Positions 54,581-64,000 of a stretch of DNA of 64,000 nt are shown piece by piece. The notes under the pieces were generated by a model that saw only the letters and a program-made list of their open reading frames with translations, had not been told where the DNA came from and ran no database searches. The position numbers were made by a program, and so were the translations under genes. The number at the start of each line of letters is the position of its first letter. The first letter of the stretch is position 1. This stretch comes from an uncultured Acidobacteriota bacterium (GTDB taxonomy: Bacteria > Acidobacteriota > Polarisedimenticolia > J045). Where the stretch lies: positions 160,001 to 224,000 of the forward strand of contig CAVPCQ010000032.1 in assembly GCA_963702425.1 (NCBI GenBank), written 5' to 3'.

Positions 54581-55040
54581 CGGGCGCCTCCCGGCGGCTT
54601 CTCCGCGCCGGGCAGGAACTGCAGGATCGCCGACGCGCGCAGCGTCTTGCCGGACTCCGATGTCGCCTCGGCCTGGACGTTGATCGCCTCGCCGGTCGCC
54701 GCAGTCCGGGACCTTCAGCGTGACCACCGCATCGCGCCGCGCCGGCTTGAGCGCAACGCGCGTCGGCTCCGTGCCGACGAAGCCGATCGCCAGCGCGACG
54801 ATCGGCTCGGCCGCGTTGACCGTGACCGCGATCTCCGCGCCGCGCGCCGCCTTGTCCGGCGAAAGGTGAAGGTGCAGGCCGCGGGAGGCGCTGTGGGCGC
54901 GCGCCGGGACCGAGCGCCGCCACTGCGAGCGCTACGGGGACAGCAACCGTAAGCCAGATAGTCGGCCGCAGGAGCCAGTGGCGATGTGTTCCTTGGCCGA
55001 CTAACTGGCTTACGGTTGCTGTCCCCGTCCCGCGCCGCAC
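54577..55040 (-). CDS. Small secreted hypothetical protein (probable frameshifts near 54900 and 54705)
   Basis: GGAG RBS then GTG 55040. Stitched: ...VALAVAALGPG / AHSASRGLHLHLSPDKAARGAEIAVTVN...VVTLKVP / ATGEAINVQAEATSESGKTLRASAILQFLPG...AR-TGA. Confidence 0.55.
54934..55028. repeat. Long palindrome of the GGGGACAGCAACCGTAAG family
   Basis: ACGGGGACAGCAACCGTAAGCCAG.TAGTCGGCC ... GGCCGACTA.CTGGCTTACGGTTGCTGTCCCCGT. Confidence 0.88.
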
Positions 55041-55044
55041 GGCG

Positions 55045-58000
55045 TCACTCCACCTTGTAGAAGTAGCTCGTGCCGTCGCCGAGAACGGGGTCGTCGTAGC
55101 TCCGCGCGGTCGACCCGTCGAGCAGCGTCGTCACCCCTGCCGTGAACTGCGCGTCCTCCGCGCGGATCAGCCGGAACGGCGCCGCCCCGCCCGTCCACGC
55201 GAGATGCACGGCGCCGGCAGCCGCGTTGCGTGAAACCGCGAGCGCGACGGCTGCGACCGGCAGCGCCGCGCGCACCCGCACGGTGGCCGTCATGTACGGC
55301 GTCAGCTCGACCACCACCGCCCCACCGTCCATCGCCAGCGGCACGCCCCCCTCCTCGTCCTGCTCGACGAGCAGCGGCGCGGAGAGCGCGAAGACATCGG
55401 AGGTGACCCGCGCCGTCGTCGCGGCGCCGGTCAGCTCGGTCATCCGCAGGATGATCCCGTCGCCATCATCGGCGCGCTTGACGGTGTAGAGCAGGACACC
55501 GGGCGCGTCGACGGCGAAGAACGAGGCCTGCTCGGCCGGCAGCGAGCCGGGGCGGGCCGCGACGTGCCGCGCCAGCGGCGCGTTGAGCGCCTCGAAGCCG
55601 AATCGACTCGCCGCCACCGGGTCGAACGCCGGGGGCACGCCGCGCAGGGTGTGCGTGAAGCGGAGCGTCGGTGCGGTGTCCGGCTCCATCACGAAGGAGC
55701 CGATCGTGCCGCCCGAGTACTCGTACTCGTCGGAGCGGTCGAACATCCGCGACAGCACGAGCCCGCTGCCGAGCGACGGCGCCGGCGGCGTGAGCTGCTT
55801 GAACTTCTCCAGGTGGTGCGCGTCGACGCTGTCGATCGCGTAGAGCACGCCGCCGTTGGTGTCGAACAGGCCCAGCGTGTGCTCGACGTTGTGCCAGTCG
55901 AAGTAGTTGTCGCGCGGGAAGCCGTCCTGAGGGTAGCGCAGGAAGCGGGTCGTCGTCTCGCTGTAGACCGAGAGGTTCTTCACGTTGAAGGGCAGCGTCA
56001 CCGTGTACCAGCGGAAGCCGGTGGCGTTGTTGACGTAGGGCGTCGCATTGCGGTTGATGACGTTGTCGAACTCGACCCGATCCTCGCCGCGCCGGAGCCG
56101 GTAGACGCTCGAGACGTGCGGCGTCCCGGTGCGCGTCACCTGCAGCTCGGCCAGGAGGGGCCCGGCGCTGCGGATCGCCACCGTCGCCCCACCGACCGCG
56201 CTCGGCGTCGGCGCCCGGCCGGACTGAACGTCGGCCTTCGTGCTGGAGGCGAGGCGGTTGAAGCGGTAGGTCGTCGCGGGGTCGATCAGCGAGCGTCCCG
56301 TGGCCTTCTCGACGAGCGTGGTCACGGAGCCGTCGGACAGGATCCACGACCAGCCGGTAGAAGTCGTTCTCCAGCGTCGTCGCGGTGACCTGCAGCATCC
56401 CGGAGGGGGTCGCCGTCGGCGCGCCCGGCACGAGATCGTAGACGCGGTAGCCGACGGCCGGAAGGCCGAGCGCGTGGAAGGCGATCTCCGAGGTCGCGTC
56501 GAAGCGCTGGTACGGAAGCTCCTCGCCCGTGGTGCGGTCCACGACGCGGAACGCGGTCGCGTAGAGCGCTGCCGGGAGCGCGACGCGCGCCCAGCCGTCG
56601 CGCGCCCGGCCGAGCGGGTTGCTGACGATCACCGCGTCGCCCGCGGCCGGGACCTGCGCCGTGAACCGCTGGAGCCCTTCGGCCTGCAGCGACGCCGTGG
56701 TCTCGCTGGCCTCGACCGCGTAGGAGAGGTGGATCCGGTTGTTGCGGTCCATCTCCTCCGGCGTGAAGTAGCCGGGCCAGCCGCCGGCGCCGGAGTGTTC
56801 GTCCACCTCGAGCATCCGCCGGTAGGCGTGGTCGACGTCGGCCTGCGGCACCGGGAGCCCGTCCACGAGCGATCCCGCAGCCAGCAGCGCCTCGGCGGCG
56901 CGGGCCTCGCGGTGCGCCTGGCGCACCATCCGCTCGGTGTGCGGCGCGTCCGCGTGGCTCCCCGACCAGGCCGCGCCGAAGTCGCCCGAGAACGACGGGA
57001 AGGCGTCGGCCCCGTACTTCGCCAGCATCAGGTCGAGGAACTCCTCGGGCGTCGCCAGCACGAACTTCGGCGTCTGGTAGGTGGCGTTCCACTGGTTGAC
57101 CAGGTCGCGGACCTTGAACCCCTGGTAGTGGTTGTCGAAGGCCCGCATCAGCATCAGCTCGGGGTACGGGTAGCCCAGCTCCTCCAGCTCGGGCAGCTTC
57201 TTGCCGGTCTTGTTGCGGATGTCCGCGATCGTGTCGAAGAACGAGAAGCCCCAGTCGAAGGCCTCGGCGTAGGCGTCGAAGGTGTGCCAGGTCAGCACGC
57301 GGCTGCCGTCGGGCCCGACCCACCAGAACGGCCGCTCGCCGTGGTGCGGGTGCTGGACCTTGCCGCCGAACGGCGTGTTCATTCCGGCGAGGAAGTACGT
57401 CGATCCCGCTGCGGGCGAGCAGCTCCGGCAGCGCGAAGGTCGAGCCGGGGACGTCGTCGGTGATCCAGGTCCGGAGCGGCACCCCGTGCTCGCGCGCGAA
57501 GCGCGAGGACCAGTAGAGGTTGCGCGTCAGCTCCTCGTGGCCCGCGGTCGTGGTGTGCAGGGAGTCGTAGCCGGCGCCCAGCGACAGGCGTCCGCTGCGG
57601 AGCCAGCTGACCATGGTCTCCTGCTCGGCCGCGGTGGAGCGCTCCCACCAGCGCGCCAGGTACCACGACTCCTCGATCATGAAGCGGTACGCGGGGTCGG
57701 CGGCGAGGTTGGCCAGCACCTGGTCGAGCGAGGTCTTGGCGAAGGTCTCGATGTCGTCGGGCGGCTCGGTGAAGCCGATGTCGAGGTGGCTCCACTCGGC
57801 GAGGTAGATCGTCTTGACGGTCGACGCGACCCCCTCCGACGTGTCGCCGAAGGCGTCGAGGTCGTCGATCCAGGTCTCGTTCCCCTTCGGCCCGTCGGTC
57901 GTCAGCTCGAAGCGGTGCACGCGGGCGAGCGTGTCGTTCTCGTCGGTGAACTCCAGCGTCCAGCCCGCAGGCTCGGAGCCCGCGGAGCCGGACCAGACGC

Positions 58001-58586
58001 GCGCACGGACGAGCGGGTGCGAGGCCCCCGGCTGGATCGCGAGGCGGATCCAGCGCTTCTGGTTGAGCGGGATCACGGCGGTCCCGGTGGCTGCTTTCTG
58101 GACGTATGCGCCGTTCTCGGTCCGCCAGAGCGAGATGGCGCCCGCGCTGTCGACGCGCAGCCGGTACTTTTTCAGCGTCGGCGCGCGCTGTTCGACCTCG
58201 AGGTCGAAGTAGTAGGCGGTCGCCCAGCTCGGTGCGATATTCGAAGGCGATCGAGAAGGTCGTCGCCGTCGCGGGCACGACGTGATGGCGCGCCCAGTGC
58301 TTGGTCGGGGAAGTGGGAGAGGGACCCTTGCCGTCCGCGTAGAGGCTCGTGTCGCCGCCGTCGGCGATCCGCGTCCAGGGCGACGGCTGGCCGAGGCCGT
58401 TCCCCTGCTCCCAGTCGGCGTCCAGCTCGGCCTCGAAGTTGGCGGTGTAGAGCGAGCCGGAGCCGGGGGTGTAGGCGTGGGCCGGACGGGCCGAGGTCCG
58501 GCGAGCAGCGCGGCGGCGGCCAGGCCGGCGAGGAGGCCGGCGCCGGGGCGGAATCGGCTCGCGCGGCGGGCGGGACGGGTGGGCAT
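55045..58586 (-). CDS. Secreted glycoside hydrolase family 38-like protein (frameshifts near 58490, 58245, 57400, 56335)
   Basis: Signal peptide; SHLDIGF, EELTRNL, WITDDVPG, FWWVGPDGSRVLTW, DEHSG, VSNPLG, LENDFY, TVKRADDGDGIILR. Confidence 0.8.
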
Positions 58587-58746
58587 CGCGGAATCCCCGG
58601 GGGCGGCGATGAATGTACCGCGACTGCCGCCTCCGGGGGCCCGGCGCAGGCGTCCGGAGTCGGGCAGGGTCTGACCGCGCGCGACCGCATGCGGACAGTG
58701 ATGCTCCTGTCCTTCGCCACAATCGAGTCCGCGCACTGCTGATAGC

Positions 58747-59912
58747 TCACGCGGCGTGGAATGGCAGGCAGAGACGCCGGCCGAACGCGCCCCTCGGTCT
58801 GCCGGCGACGATCATGCCCACCGGCTGACAGAGATCGCGGCGGTCTGCCTTCCGCAACGGCAGACGCCCTCCACGACGAGACCGCGGCGATGGGCTGGTC
58901 GGGCGGAAGCGCCAGGCCGCGCGGCGCCAAGCGTAGCGATGATGAAGACCGCCGAGGCGAGGCAGAGCGATGATTTCGGCGGCTGGATGCGGCTTCGACT
59001 CCACGGCTCGCACTGCGGGCGCATCCTTCTCCAAAGACAAGTGCGTCCGGTCGTTGGGGTAGTACGAGGCGAAGCAGGCCAGAAGGCGCTGGAGGTGTTT
59101 CTCGTTGAGGACGATGACGTGGTCGAGGAGCTCGCGGCGTGCGGTGCCTACGAACCTCTCGGCGACTCCGTTCTGCCAGGGACTGCGAGCCGTGATCTGC
59201 TTTGGTTCGATGCTCATGTGGCGGATCGCGGTGAGGACCGCGTGGCCGTACTTGGCGTCACGGTCGAGGATCAGGTAGCGCGGTGCCTGGTCGTAGGGGA
59301 ACGCCTCGCGGAGTTGCTGCGTGATCCAGGCCGCCGTCGGATGGGTGGTGACACGGAAGTGCATCAGCTCGCGCCGAGCGTGGTGGACGACGAAGAAGAC
59401 GTAGAGCACGCGGAACGTGGCGGTGGGGACGGTGAAGAAGTCGATCGCGGCGATGCCCTCGCGGTGGTTGGCGAGAAAGGTGCGCCATCGTTGCCGTTCG
59501 TCGGGATGGGCCGAGCGCCGGGGCATGGTGCGCGAAACGGTGCGCTCGGAGACCTCAAGGCCGAGCTTCCGGACCTCGCCGTGGATGCGCGGCGCACCCC
59601 ACGATCGCGGCCAGCAGCGGCGCAGGGTAAGCCAGAAGAACCGATCGGACGCGCGGAGACGAGGTCGAGGGTGCTTCCGTCGGAGTACGGCAAGCTGCTA
59701 TCGGAGCGCGAGGTTTTCCAGGATCAGGTCGGCCCGGTTGGCGAAGATCGCGAGGAGAGCCTGGGCGACTGCCAGAGCGTGGTAGAGCATCCACGCACGA
59801 TGACGGCGGTCGGGACGGAGGGCAACCGGACTCGTCCGCGGGCGCTTCGGGTATCCTGCACAGGAGCGCAACTCGTTCAGGAGCAAGGCGGACGGGGATG
59901 TGGCGAGGCACA
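58747..59912 (-). mobile_element. Decayed IS with an rve (integrase core, DDE) transposase pseudogene
   Basis: LENLALR-TAG-QLAVL (internal stop at 59698), WGAPRIHGE, IAAIDFFTV, YLILDRDAKYG, SPWQNGVAERFVG, LGGLHHRY. Probable TGT end at 59912; other end unclear. Confidence 0.85.
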
Positions 59913-60039
59913 GGTGGCCGCATACGCCGGCGCGTGTCGAGCCACGTCGCTCCGACGATCCACCGTCCCGATTCCCAGCGCAGCTAATGCCCGCGGTGCG
60001 GCGGGAACGTAGTCCCCCGCGTCGTGCTGTTCCATCGCC

Positions 60040-63000
60040 CTATCGCACGCCACGTTCGCACACGCCGGGGCGCAGGCGAAGCGTTCCCGTTGCCCCTCGC
60101 GATGCTGCGCCCGTGTTGCCGCCACAGTCGCCGGCTACGACGCGAAGCTCCGGCGCGTGGACCTCGCTCCAGCCGCAGGGGGCGGTCTCCCGGCACAGCG
60201 TCTCGACCGACAGCAGAAGAACCTCGTCGGAAAGCACTCCGTCCCGGTCGCCGTCCTCGAGCCCGTCGTAGAGCGTGCAGGCTGTCCCGAGCCGGGCGTC
60301 GCGGAGTTCCACCCACTCGTGAACGACCCCGCCCGCGGCCCCGTCGTCGTCGCTGCTCGTGAACGTGAACGGCAAGCCGCCGCTCACGGGCAGGGCAAGG
60401 AGATCGAGCGTCGAGGTGATCGCCACAGAAGGGGCGACGAGGTCGATCGTGAAGCGCACGCCGCTGCGGGCCTCGTTTCCCCGCTCGTCTGTCGCGGCGA
60501 GCGAAACGGCGTAGTCCCCCTGCTCCGAATAGACGCCGACCCCCGGCGTGAATACGCGGCTGACCGCGCCGCCGCAGCGGTCCGTGAAGTCGTCCCTCAC
60601 CACCACGGGAGTCTCGGCCGGGCCGAAGCAGAACCCCTCGCCCGGACTCGTGATGGCACCGTCCGGCGGTAGCGTGTCCTTTACCAGGATCCGGGTCGAG
60701 TCGGTGTCGGTCATGCCCGTTCGGTCGCGCACCGTAAGCTGGACGGTGTGATCGCCGAGCGGGAACGGGAACTGGACGACGTCGCCCGTCCCCAGCGCCT
60801 GCTCCCCCTCGCTCCAGGCGTAGGACGCGATGTCGTCGCGCGTGCCGGGCGTGGAGTCCGAGTCGCTCGATCCCGTGCCGTCGAGCAGCGCGGTGGCCGA
60901 CAGGCCGCCGTCGCACTCGAGCGTCTGGTCGAGCCCTGCGGCAGCGACCGGCCCGGCGTTCTCCCCCCGCGCCACCTCGAATAGCCACACGCCCAACTCC
61001 CCGAGGCCGGTGAAGATCTCGGATCGGCCGTCACCGTCGAGATCGCCGACGATCGGTGCACGGCCGCCCCCGCCCAGGTTTCCCAGCCGGCCGCTGCGCC
61101 AGAGCGGCGCGACCGGATCCTCGCGATCGTAGATGCGCAGTTCGGAGTCGACGGTCAGCACGTACTCGGGCTTCGCGTCGCCGTCGAGATCCGCCACGCG
61201 CGGCGCCAGTCCCGACGCCCAGAAGGTCCCGAACGTGCGCTTTCGTTGACCCGCGGTGTCGTAGACCGCGATCGTTCCGAAGTCCTCCACGACGACGAGG
61301 TCGCGCAGCCCATCGCCGTCTTCATCGACGAGATCGAAGTATGTAGCACCCGGTTGCTCGACCAGGACGGAGGTCGAGTGATCGAGGCCATCGACGCTCA
61401 CGATCCCTCGTCCTCTCGCGGGCGCGAATATCTCGAGCGCGGGATCGTCGTCGAGCTGCGCGATGTGGACGACCGGGATGGCCGCGTAGCGGCCGAAGCC
61501 TTCGCTGTGCCACTCCTCCACCCCGGTCGCCCCGTCGAAGACGCGGAGCCGGCCCTCCACGCCGAATGCATAGCCCCTGGTTCCCGCAACGACCTCGAGC
61601 GAACCGTCACCGTCCACGTCCCCGGTCGCCAGCGCGTGCGCCGCCTCGCCGTCAGACAACTCGCTGCGCCATTGCCGCTCATGCGTCCGTCCATCGAAGC
61701 AATCGAGGACGCCGGTGAACAGGACGCTGGAGTTGACGAAGACCTCGGCCTGCGGATCGTCGTCGACGTTTGCATGAACCAGCGCTTGCGGGGCGAGCCA
61801 GTCGGAATTCGAGGGCGGCGGGCTCTCGAACTCGAGTCGTCTCGAGATGAGGTCCCGGACGAACCAGCGTCCCGCGCCGAAGGTCGACAGCGGGCTGCCG
61901 TAGACGACCTCGGGTGTGCCATCCGCGTCGATGTCGCCAGCATCGAGCTCGAAGAGCCCTGGAAGCGGCTCGCTGCGCCACTCGATCTCCCCGGTCGCGC
62001 AGTCCGCCGTGAAGAGCTGCGAGTTCGCCCAGATCAGTTCGTTCGTTCCATCCCAGTCGGGATCGCCGAGTGCGATGGCGTGACTGCCGTAGCCCGGATT
62101 TTCGACCGAGCACTTCTCGGCGCCGCTGCTTCCTTCAAGAACGTGGACTCTGCCCGGTCCCTCGTCGCTGTACACGATATCCGGCGTCCCGTCCGCCTCG
62201 AGATCTCCGAGCTGCACGGCCGCCAGTCCCTGGGGGACCGGGACTCGGTACTTCTCCCGGCGCAGTGCCCCGCTCCAGACCGTCAGTTCATTGGCCGCCG
62301 TGTCGACGATCTCCGTCCCACCGTCTCCGTCGACGTCGCCCAGACGGATCTGGCTACCGAACCCACCTGGGTTGACCCACTCGATCTCGTGCGTGCGACT
62401 GTCGATCACGAGGCCGTAGTCGTTGCCGGCGACGATCTCGAGCGTGCCGTCGCCGTCCACGTCCCCGATCTCGAAGGGACCGGTCAGTCCGAACCACGCG
62501 ATCCTGGACTCGAACGCGCCGGTCATGAGGTCGTAGATGTTCACGCTGCGGCCCCGCTCGAGCACGACGCCCTCGAGACTGCCGTCTTCGTCGATGTCGA
62601 CTACGTGAAGGTCACCGGGCCATGAGCCGGTCGGGATCGACGTGATCGGTTCCAGGGTCCTGCTGTCGTACGCGGTGATCTTCCAATCGGACAGGACGAC
62701 GACATCCAGCCTACCGTCCCTGTCCACGTCGGCCACACAGAGGGACGTGATCTCGGGGTCGGTCGGCGGGAAAACGAGCGGACGCGAGAGCTGCTGCAGG
62801 AAGCCGGGGCCGCCGGGACGCAGGCTCCACCAGGCGTCCGCCGCGGTGTAGCCGAGGGACGAGGCGCTCGCGACGAGCTCGCTCGAGGCGTCCCCGTCGA
62901 GGTCCGCAAGGAGCAGTGCCACGCCGCCGACGCCTGAGCCGAGGTAGCCGTACTGCCATTCGACAACCGCGCGGATGCCACCGCCCGCGGCCGTCGCTGC

Positions 63001-63075
63001 GGCGGACGGAACCGCGCCCAAGGCGATGATCGACGCGACAGCGCAGGACAGACTCCAGCCCGTGCGGTTTTTCAT
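60040..63075 (-). CDS. Secreted FG-GAP/VCBS-repeat beta-propeller protein with PKD-like domain
   Basis: Signal peptide from ATG 63075; many GD[VL]DGDG..E[IL]V repeats; PVAAAGLDQ...LDGTGSSDSD...YAW...LTVRD. Confidence 0.9.
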   Translation of the reverse strand: MKNRTGWSLSCAVASIIALGAVPSAAATAAGGGIRAVVEWQYGYLGSGVGGVALLLADLDGDASSELVASASSLGYTAADAWWSLRPGGPGFLQQLSRPLVFPPTDPEITSLCVADVDRDGRLDVVVLSDWKITAYDSRTLEPITSIPTGSWPGDLHVVDIDEDGSLEGVVLERGRSVNIYDLMTGAFESRIAWFGLTGPFEIGDVDGDGTLEIVAGNDYGLVIDSRTHEIEWVNPGGFGSQIRLGDVDGDGGTEIVDTAANELTVWSGALRREKYRVPVPQGLAAVQLGDLEADGTPDIVYSDEGPGRVHVLEGSSGAEKCSVENPGYGSHAIALGDPDWDGTNELIWANSQLFTADCATGEIEWRSEPLPGLFELDAGDIDADGTPEVVYGSPLSTFGAGRWFVRDLISRRLEFESPPPSNSDWLAPQALVHANVDDDPQAEVFVNSSVLFTGVLDCFDGRTHERQWRSELSDGEAAHALATGDVDGDGSLEVVAGTRGYAFGVEGRLRVFDGATGVEEWHSEGFGRYAAIPVVHIAQLDDDPALEIFAPARGRGIVSVDGLDHSTSVLVEQPGATYFDLVDEDGDGLRDLVVVEDFGTIAVYDTAGQRKRTFGTFWASGLAPRVADLDGDAKPEYVLTVDSELRIYDREDPVAPLWRSGRLGNLGGGGRAPIVGDLDGDGRSEIFTGLGELGVWLFEVARGENAGPVAAAGLDQTLECDGGLSATALLDGTGSSDSDSTPGTRDDIASYAWSEGEQALGTGDVVQFPFPLGDHTVQLTVRDRTGMTDTDSTRILVKDTLPPDGAITSPGEGFCFGPAETPVVVRDDFTDRCGGAVSRVFTPGVGVYSEQGDYAVSLAATDERGNEARSGVRFTIDLVAPSVAITSTLDLLALPVSGGLPFTFTSSDDDGAAGGVVHEWVELRDARLGTACTLYDGLEDGDRDGVLSDEVLLLSVETLCRETAPCGWSEVHAPELRVVAGDCGGNTGAASRGATGTLRLRPGVCERGVR

Positions 63076-63320
63076 CGGACCTCCCCCCTCGGATGTCCTT
63101 CTGACGGGGATTAGACGGCGGAGAGGGCCCGCGCGCAAGGGGCACTAGTCGACAAGCTTCGGACGCAGGCTACTTGGAGGGCGCGGGTGGTCCCTTTCGC
63201 CTCTCCCTGTGTTCTTACCTGCATAGGGTATCGCTAACAGTTGCCGCACCGCGGCAGCGAGTACGCCAGAAGTGATGCGGCGGGGGCGGAGTGATGGCGT
63301 GGGTCTCCTCAAGGAAGATC

Positions 63321-63749
63321 GTGGCCGAGTTGGGCCCGGCCGCGGTGGCGCACGCGGCTGCGCGACGGCCACCTGCCGGAGGCGACTTTCCTTTGGGAGC
63401 CGCTCGCGCCCGAGGTGTACGCGGCGAGCGGGGCAGCGGCCGGCGGCGCGGGGGAGCGCGGCGCGGCGGGCGCGACCCCGCGGGGCCGGTGCTGGTGCGC
63501 CGGCTCTACGACCGCCCGCTGGCGCTGCCGCCGCGCTCGCGCCACCTGCGCGACGACGGCTGGCTGAGCAACAGCCTGCCGCACGGCGCGGTGACGCGGC
63601 TGGTCGGGCCGTGCGTGATCAGCGGCGGCTGGTGGCGCCGGTCGGTCCACCGGGAATACCACTTCGCGGAGACCGGCCGCGGCGACCTGCTGTGGGTCTC
63701 GTTCGACCGCGAGCGGCGGCGGTGGTTCCTGCAGGGGCACGTGAAGTAG
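63321..63749 (+). pseudogene. 3' remnant of an ImuB (Y-family polymerase accessory)-like gene
   Basis: ELGPAAVAHA / LRDGHLPEATFLWEP in the alternate frame, then GPCVISGGWW...REYHFAET..GDLLWV.FDR.RRRWFLQG. No polymerase-like N-terminal part upstream. Confidence 0.6.
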
Positions 63750-63776
63750 TGCGGCAGCCGGCCGCCCGGCGCGCGG

Positions 63777-64000
63777 TCACGCCGGCCGGACGCCCGCTTT
63801 CCGCGGCTTCTCCCGCTCCCCGTCGCGGGCCCTCTGCCAGGCGAAGTAGAGCATGACCATTCCGAACAACCCGGGGACCCGGAGCAGCTCCGAGGCCTTC
63901 GGGGCCAGCAGCACGACGGCGACCAGGCCGGTGAAGGCCAGGCCCAGCGCCGCCGCGAAGGCTCGCGCCGGCTCGCGCCTCGACCAGAGGGCCAGCCCGG
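63777..64000 (-). CDS. C-terminus of a membrane protein entering from the right edge
   Basis: ...AFAAALGLAFTGLVAVVLLAPKASELLRVPGLFGMVMLYFAWQRAR...RPA-TGA (63777-63779). Confidence 0.7.
   Translation of the reverse strand, partial: GLALWSRREPARAFAAALGLAFTGLVAVVLLAPKASELLRVPGLFGMVMLYFAWQRARDGEREKPRKAGVRPA

Noticed and set aside
58747-59526. Integron or phage integrase
   Set aside because: The motifs are those of a DDE rve core, not a tyrosine recombinase, and no attC array or phage genes were seen.

Overview
This is very GC-rich bacterial DNA (roughly 70% by eye). Gene content suggests Acidobacteriota, but that is an inference. At least eight otherwise intact genes carry single-base frameshifts, as expected from an unpolished long-read assembly, so several calls below are stitched across frames. 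Left to right the window holds: two tandem FG-GAP proteins divergent from an ECF sigma / zinc anti-sigma / secreted TPR-CHAT protease triad; a second ECF module; a glutathione peroxidase; the RDD-SpoIIM-DUF4129-DUF4350-MoxR-DUF58 operon; corA with a TolC-MFP-RND efflux operon; rubrerythrin / Fe-S oxidoreductase / DUF3501 with sodA; apaH; two S8 proteases and a matrixin; class I fumarase; yebC; a 2-oxoacid:ferredoxin oxidoreductase; an RlmD-like methylase; a GH38-like protein; a decayed IS; another beta-propeller protein; and an imuB remnant. Four leads stand out. (1) An uncalled 52-aa membrane protein with an in-frame UGA (U-x4-C) and a SECIS-like hairpin ends the RND operon, behind a P-II-like C-x4-C protein. 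(2) Five unrelated secreted proteins share a C-terminal domain, three of them ending GxLGxxxxGxxR...CP-stop, which may be an undescribed sorting signal. (3) A membrane-anchored extracytoplasmic CHAT protease is encoded next to an ECF / anti-sigma pair. (4) A ~167-nt structured intergenic RNA candidate has no assignable family. Three palindromic repeat families are also present. No database searches were run.
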